Source: Phoronis australis
Taxonomy: Eukaryota; Animalia; Phoronida
Assembly: GCA_002633005.1 (NCBI GenBank)
Contig: NMRA01000116.1
Span: 44,483-108,482, forward strand
DNA length: 64,000 bases
Direction: 5' to 3'
How positions within the stretch are numbered: position 1 is the stretch's first letter; each line of letters starts with the position of its first letter. The notes under the pieces are model-generated. The model was not told where the DNA came from. It was given only the letters and a program-made list of their open reading frames with translations, and made no database searches. Positions 57,601 to 64,000 of this stretch are shown one piece after another. The position numbers were made by a program, and so were the translations under genes.

Positions 57601-60600
57601 GAGCCGAATTGTGTGTTTTCCGCTTCAGCAAGAGAGAGGTCTGTTTGCTAATTAAGGTAACTTGATGACAAAGCAACCGTGTGACCACAGTAGCATTTTG
57701 AATGTCTTTAAAGAAGCATGCCACCCAAAAAACAACCTAATTTGTATCAATTTACATCGAGTAGTTCTACTCAATAACGACACGTACGGTTGCGTTACCT
57801 GACACCTGACGGCAGACGGAGGTGTTGAAATTATATCCAATGTCATCGGTTTCACACTCAGTCTGTTCAGCAGTTAACAACACAGGTTACTGGTGCTAGC
57901 TTATCGCTTGAAGTCATCGTTTAACACCAATAAATCATCAAACTTCGATGTAAAACCCTTAAAAATACACCGAGTTCTTATAAAAACAGGTTGTTTTATT
58001 TCGCTCTTACGGATTTATTGGTATTTGGACACACCGTAGCCTACAAAGTTCGGCAGGCCAATGTCCGTAGCAGGAGTTTGGGGTCTGTTCAGAGTTAATT
58101 TCGAAGTATTTTCTGTGAGATACAGACAGGAGAACCTAGATCTGTGTTGTTTATACTTGTGATTTTTTTAGTTCTAAACACAAAACGCTCGTTATCCTGG
58201 CCAGTGGCTCGGAGCCCGATCAGGCCCGTCGCGGCCGGCCGGATTGACGCGTAATTATCCCGGCCAGTGGCTCGGAAACTGATCAGACATCACGAACATA
58301 AACCAGCCAAAGTTCAGTGGAACTAAACTTCCAGTCAAGAAAATACTATACTAGTGAGTCAAAGTATGTGCACGTGATTATGTTGCCGATTAGCCACGAA
58401 ACTGCAAATCAACTTAATCGTCGGGAGCCCCGAATTCAGGTTCCGCTTTTGGCCACAGCACGGTCAGGGCACAAGTTGTACATTGACTATCATTATTTGA
58501 GTAATGTAAATGTAAATAAAGATTCCCCTAACACCTGGCCGTGGGATGGAAATCGAGTTGTTTCACAACAGTTTCTGCCAGCAAACACTAAATTAGCATG
58601 AGCTGACATGGCCTCGGTGTCCCGTCAATTAGTTTTATTGCACCTAAAGCCGGTAACGCAGTGATTTATTCATTCCTGGCTTCTCAAACCATTTGCGCTC
58701 ACGAACACTCCAAAGGCATTACAAATTGCATCTAATGAGGCAGACTTTGTTTCAGTTTTATATAAGTATTGGTTAGGGTGAGAATAATTCATTTTGAAAC
58801 AGAACGCACAGTAATAAACGCCAACATGGCAACTCGCAGGCCCGACTTAGGACGAGCTAGAGCTCATCAGTCCCGACTTCGCAGGTGGATCGTTAAGTTT
58901 TACAGGCTATCAATTCGGACAGGAATACAGTGATGAAGAAATACTAGAGAGGCGCCGTGAACAAGCTCAGACAACGGAACGCATGGAGTTATTTGGTAAG
59001 CCGGCATTCGTCATGGGCACTTTCGACGTCTGCAGGCCATAGAGACGGAGATGTTTCGTGGCCTCATACTTGCTATTTACAGTGTACATTTCATTCTTCA
59101 CTACCATGAGCCACTTCCTAAGCATTTCGGACACTCGAGGAAGTAAAAAAAAAAACGATATACCCGCTTTCCTCGCAGCTGCTTAGTTCGGACAAGTGGG
59201 AACGATGCATCGCAACATAGCGGCATTCACTCTGCATATGAACCACTGACGTCGCTAGCATCGTTTCTCACGTTCCTCACAGGTTAATTAACGCGACACC
59301 TCTTGGCAAGGTAAGGTCGACCGTATGCGAGGCGATGTGGATATAGACCGATTAAGACAGCAAAAAAGACAAAGTAAATCGGGTGGCATTCTCCTTGAAC
59401 ATTTTAAGAAAAGTTAGTAGTATGACAATTAACACCTTTCCAGCTTTATAGGGCAACTTGTTTAGGATAGGATATCTCAGCACTCTGAGCGGTAAGCAAC
59501 TGTTAAAGAATCATGGAACATGACTTTTCATTGATTAACACTAACAAAGACAAAACATTGAGAAATACATTATAGTGCCGCTTGTGGCTGCTCAACAATA
59601 TGAATGGACTAAATCGATGGATTTCACAAACATAATTACATTCTGTAACTCATGTAAGATGACAATTATCATCACAATGATTCGTTACATTTCCAGCTAA
59701 TATCCAAACCATAGGCTTATGGCAAACAACCAAACTGAGGCATACACATTTCTGTGACAGCCATCATCTTTTTACAAGGTCAGTCTGCTGTACAGGTAGC
59801 ACTTATGTGATCGAGGGTATCAACGAGGTCAGCTAGATTGAACTGTCTTTGTTACATCTGACCGATAAGGAAGGCCTGCCTTGCCTTCTCCAAAAGCTCC
59901 GCCTACTTTTTAAGTCATCTTAGACAGTAAGACTTAGCCTCTGGACTGACAAATCTTTGTTCGCTACGTACTATTGATAGACTTCCTGTCAATCAAATTA
60001 CTCCCTCAACAAACAAGATTGGAGTTGAGGAAAGCTACTTAAAGCGATAAAAGCAACTATAGTCCATATCTTAAAAAATCTGGATTGAAGCTTAATCAGC
60101 GACTTTGGTTTGCATCCTGTTAGTTCCAGATACCCTTAATTAACAGGTATCATCTCGCTAAAATACTCAAATCATGCCATCATTTTTCTAATTCATCATC
60201 GTTTGGGTGCAACAAACAGCCCAGGTGGAAACGATTTTCTGGCCGCATCTCTAAATTCCAGCTTCAAACCCCTAAACCCCTGCCCTGGATTAGCAAATAC
60301 CAAGCCTGCAGCACAAATTCCACACTTACGTACCTAAAAACTCCACACACTACAATTGGTGACCAACCAACTCCATACTCATAAGAGATCAATCTCCAGT
60401 CCTGGACCATGGGTCAGCAGGTAAGAAGTTTGTACTGTGAGTTTCCGTGTTTGCTGATCTGTGACTGAAGGTTAGGGGTTCAAAGCTGCTGGGAATTTAG
60501 AGGCGTGGCCACCAACATGTTCCCACTCCAACTTTAATGGAAAATGTCAACACGGCAGTATCGTCATCGANTGCCATCATTTTTCTAATTTATCACCGTT

Positions 60601-61881
60601 TGGGTGCAACAAACAGCCCAGGTGGAAACGATTTTCTGGCCGCATCTCTAAATTCCAGCTTCAAACCCCTAAACCCCTGCCCCGGATTAGCAAATGCCAA
60701 GCCTGCAGCACAAATTCCACACTTGCGTACCTAAAACCTCCACACACTACAATTGGTGACCAACCAACTCCATACTCATAAGAGATCAATCTCCAGTCCT
60801 GGACCATGGGTCAGCAGGTAAGAAGTTTGTACTGTGAGTTTCCGTGTTTGCTGATCTGTGACTGAAGGTTAGGGGTTCAAAGCTGCTGGGAATTTAGAGG
60901 CGTGGCCACCAACATGTTCCCACTCCAACTTTAATGGAAAATGTCAACACGGCAGTATCGTCATCGAAATCTTGAAACATTAAAGTAGCCAAATCTTACA
61001 ATGGTGTTTGAAGCCAAAATATTACTTACGTTGGATTCGTTAAATGTAAGCGAAAGCGTTGACGAGTTAATGCCACAGTTGGGTGGTGGTCCCACTGGGC
61101 AATTCTGCAGGTTGGTCTCCAGGTTGGCTTTGACCGTGTTTACTTGGTAGTACAGATTATTGGATGACGTCACCAAGGCATTGTAAGAATTGCTCAATGT
61201 ATTCTCGAGGTGTTCTAGATTGTTACCTGCAAATATGGAAGTATCTCTACAACAGTTGAAAACTTAAAAAGACGCAGTGATAGAGTCAGTATTACTAAAT
61301 TTCTCATATTTTTTGCAATTAGTAATGTTAGCACACAATACTCTTTATGATTAATTAAAAAAAAAACTCACAATTAAGAAATGTATTCTCTACTAAGGGT
61401 TCATTTAGCAACACTGAAATGCAACCATCATTTCAAGGCAATAGTTATTCATAAACGTTGTCACGGGCAATTTAACCGAACAATATTGTAAAATAAACGT
61501 CAATATATACAATACAAGGCAAAAGTATTCAGACAAAATGTGCCCAAATTTGTCGTCATAATGGCTCGGCAGAAGCCAAGTTTATAAGAAGAATAGTCTT
61601 ACCTCATGACTGAGAAAAAAGGTGAATAAACAGAAAAGTAAGGTGGCAAAGCGCAGTATTTTGTAATTTTGCAGCCCTAAAAATTATTTCCAGGTATTTT
61701 TGCTGCTAACAGAATTAGCCGTCATAATAGGGAAACATTAATTTGTCTGATTACTTTAGGCTTGTTGTATTTGTTCCCTGCTTACTTGATTCAAAACTAA
61801 TCAGGTTCTGTACGACATCCTTAACACCTCCAACTGTGGCCAGTTGATCTCTGACAGGCAGCCCAAGCAGGGTGTCAATAT
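36690..61881 (-). CDS. prom1: Prominin-family protein, paralog B, partial at 5'. Exons: 61786-61881, 61030-61226, 57336-57410, 56587-56650, 56115-56188, 55346-55569, 53337-53469, 50057-50160, 48742-48826, 47987-48124, 47040-47135, 45787-45900, 45437-45517, 44945-45013, 43593-43685, 42095-42243, 39727-39759 (weak acceptor), 37749-37778, 36690-36778 (linker)
   Basis: Continuous in-frame exon chain with canonical splice sites. It includes TM3 (IVINTLVVLTLGTVLMMVLGLIFGTLC), GGNCLMA/SVGFMFIFGPWLMLLTTIIFASG (TM4), GCKNNEPAYKVL, LNTDLGKCRPLWTVYEELTSTLLC and NCFWISFGCCLFFFTPSIIFSVKLAKHYRCMK (TM5). Exon sizes of 93, 149 and 30 nt equal those of paralog A. There are many N-x-S/T sequons in the loops. 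The symbol is family-level only. Confidence 0.88.
37268..37742. repeat. 28-bp minisatellite, about 17 copies
   Basis: Unit TATGAGTACATGTGAATTGATATCAACG. Confidence 0.95.
39420..39600. repeat. Dispersed repeat fragment; second copy at about 54770-54935
   Basis: Shared CCATGCCCATCTTGCAGAGTCTTA...TTTTACTCTGCAACATAG..GTGGCGTACCCCGGGCAAAATAGATTAC. Confidence 0.8.
40079..40460. mobile_element. Near-perfect palindromic element of about 380 bp (MITE-like)
   Basis: Arms include ATGACAGGCAAAAAATTGAATTTCATGCCTCAAAAGCGAGGCCTTCTATATTAATATAG and its reverse complement; centre near 40270. Confidence 0.85.
47369..47732 (+). mobile_element. hAT-like insertion (5' end CAGGGCTCGAC), truncated by an assembly N
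   Basis: It interrupts a sequence that reappears uninterrupted right after the N at 47733. Confidence 0.6.
48185..48350. repeat. Degenerate (CAT)n low-complexity tract
   Basis: Directly visible; source of His/Asp/Ile-rich spurious ORFs. Confidence 0.85.
49081..49262. repeat. 11-12 bp minisatellite (ACACCAGCATGC-like)
   Basis: Directly visible. Confidence 0.9.
50667..53121. repeat. Tandem duplication of about 1.23 kb joined by N at 51893 (probably uncollapsed haplotypes)
   Basis: Identical ORF translations 1229 bp apart (51493 and 52722), few SNPs/indels, and N exactly at the junction. Confidence 0.9.
54962..55094 (+). mobile_element. 3' end of a HINE-like element after an assembly N
   Basis: (GGAC)n plus the same hairpin end as 33700-33807. 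Confidence 0.8.
57712..59395 (-). mobile_element. Kolobok-like non-autonomous DNA transposon, copy 2 (inverted relative to 27914-29525)
   Basis: TTAA|AGAAGCATGCCACCC ... GGGTGGCATTCTCCT|TGAA. The interior aligns with copy 1 along most of its length. Confidence 0.8.
60172..60968. repeat. Tandem duplication of about 400 bp joined by N at 60571 (probable assembly/haplotype artefact)
   Basis: Two nearly identical blocks either side of the N. Confidence 0.88.
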
Positions 61882-62974
61882 CTATAGAGAATAGTAAGCA
61901 ATATAGTGACAACAATTGTAACCAAGAGAAGACTGAGATACAGTAACCAATACAGTCATCACCTCATTGACCATTTTGGGGACAAAGGATTATGGGATAG
62001 CGGTTATCCAAAGCAGCAAAGCCAACAGGCAAAGATCAACAATCTGTAGATTAAATCCCATTATTTTAGAAGTATTGCAAATATAGCCAGAAGTTCAGTT
62101 TATCATAGATGCGAGTAACAGGTACTCGTACCAAAATTTACTACCATCTAGCTTACTCAGCAGACAATTGCTTGTGTGCTTTCTGAATTCTTTATTGGAC
62201 AACACGCAAGTTATATACAAATCTACGCAAGTCATATACAAATCTACGTTCTGGGATGTGCACGCATCAATTTTCACTATCAGTAAGGTCAATTAAAATA
62301 CAAGGGATTTCATTCTTAGACTTAAAATTTACTTAAGAGAAGAATGTTATATAAGTACACTTAAGTATGCGCAAACTTCAGTCATGCAGTAAAGCCCTTC
62401 TCTAGTTCAAAAGTCACATGACTTTAGTTACCACATGATTGAAGTTTGCACATGACCAGATAACATTCACATCAGAAGTTTTCTGGATATTCATGGTGGC
62501 ATGTTACTGACAAACTATAATGTGACCGATGTGCTTGACAGTCAGTGTTCCTCCAGCCACACTGACAATCATTTTTAGTAGACAATGTCTATGTTACCAC
62601 CCTCTGTGATGTTTCCCTGCCTTGTTATAATGAGTTGTGTTTGTTTCTTTTCAGTCTCTTAGTTGTTCTATAACAGCACAACCTTGGTCATGTTTACTTT
62701 CCATCACAGTTGCTATTTAAAACAGCATTCACTCAACAGATGGGGATACCTAAGGGTTCCTTTTGCAAGGCACATGTATTCATTGGGAGCCTAATTAGTA
62801 AAAACAAACTCTAAGCGTTGATAAGCGCCAAACATACACATTGCACATGGCCCACGGATTACAGCATTAAGCATTTCCATTTAAGGGTCAGTACCCGTTA
62901 TGCTAGTAAATTCAAAATAGCCTCTTGAGAGGATGCATAGCAAGTTAGCAATACTATCCTAAAAGGAATTACCT

Positions 62975-63200
62975 GCCAAGACGAAAAAACTAAAACTGCC
63001 ACTAGGGGGCATAATGGGAGGCAGGTAAATCCAAAAGTCATTGTTATCCATTGTCACATTCATAGAAATACATTTGCCAAATTAACTTCACAAAGATCCT
63101 GCAGGAGCTTGGGAATGACAGCTGCACAGTGAAAAAAAGCAAAAATATCAATAGGGGGCACCACAGCAGTCAAACTGTCTAAAAATCATTGACAGCTATG
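62975..63200 (+). repeat. Diverged fragment of the CCACTAGGGGGC (HINE core) repeat
   Basis: AAAACTGCCACTAGGGGGCA...AAAGATCCTGCAG, as in the 31-34 kb units. Confidence 0.65.
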
Positions 63201-63375
63201 CTCAGTGGGAAGATATGTTAATTTTTATAACAATTAACTCTTAAAGTAATTCTGACAGTGACAAGAAATTTAATGCATGACTTTCTGGACACTGTTTAGG
63301 CACAGTTCCAGTCAGATCCCTCTGAAAGTCAATCACCAACTGTCACGTTAATAGCGGATTTGCAGCGCAAACGAA

Positions 63376-64000
63376 CTACGCATTGCGCATGTGCGAGTTA
63401 CTTCCTGCGCGAAGGCTCATGGGATAGCTTGTGGTCAGGAATGTCTTGAGCAGGCTGGATAGTGTGTGCATTTGGAGTGATTTGCAAACTAAAAACCATG
63501 TTTCATTTTTTTGCTTTATAATACCAAGCAAGTCCTCTCTCTCGTTTGTAAACACAGCGTAGCTATGATCAGTGACCGTGTGACCGAGGGCACAACTGTC
63601 GTCATGTTCGGTTTCAGACAAGTTGAGAGTTCTTGGGTTGCTTAATTTTGCTTTCGCCGTGGATATGCTAGAGACGTTAATTTTAAGAGGAAACTCCGTC
63701 GGAATGTTGTTCTCATACGTCTTTTTTCCACCAGGAAAATGTTCGCTGCACACAAGATGGCCCCTAGGCACTGAATTACATCGCATTGGATGCCGCAGGC
63801 ATTCAGGGGCGATAGTACATCCTCACAAAAAGTTACTCATTTCAAAATACAGCAAATAAAATCAAATGAACCATACATGTAGGAACACGGAGTTATAATT
63901 AACACATACCACGACTCTGGATACAATTTAGTCAGCAAAACTTGAACAAATCGATGAAAATCTGTCGCGGTTTGCTCGAGTTTCTCTCAGTTACCGGGTG
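63376..64000 (-). mobile_element. THAP-domain coding remnant, probably from a DNA transposon inside a prominin B intron
   Basis: Has VCSEHF...IPTEFP (THAP C-terminal motifs), a downstream DHSY motif and a short amphipathic helix. A possible FHRF motif lies near 63945-63960. Confidence 0.65.

Noticed and set aside
60172-60968. 400-bp tandem duplication as a real structure
   Set aside because: N at the exact junction suggests an assembly artefact.

Overview
AT-rich (roughly 35-40% GC by eye), intron-rich animal genomic DNA. It looks like a heterozygous marine-invertebrate draft assembly (inference), with single-N joins at 45704, 47733, 51893, 54961 and 60571. Most ORF-track entries are spurious, so I built the real genes by hand from splice sites and exon phases. 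(1) The 3' end of a prominin-family gene lies on + (exons 367-4951). (2) A second, convergent prominin paralog lies on - (exons from 61881 down to about 36690; its 5' end is outside the window). (3) Directly downstream on - is a run of exons encoding an RNF216-like RING1 and an IBR domain, followed by an H-Y-I type (PARP7/11/12-like) ADP-ribosyltransferase domain, with stop at 13165. Key observation: the last prominin-homologous tail exons of the minus-strand paralog are phase-compatible, through one linker exon, with the RING-IBR-PARP exons. This predicts a single prominin-RING-IBR-PARP chimeric membrane protein with the enzymatic modules in the cytoplasmic tail. It needs RNA-seq confirmation. 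The introns hold nested Helentron-type (HINE) repeats with CTCF-like motif arrays, two Kolobok-like TTAA elements, MITEs, a Penelope remnant, a THAP remnant, mini/microsatellites and uncollapsed haplotype duplications.
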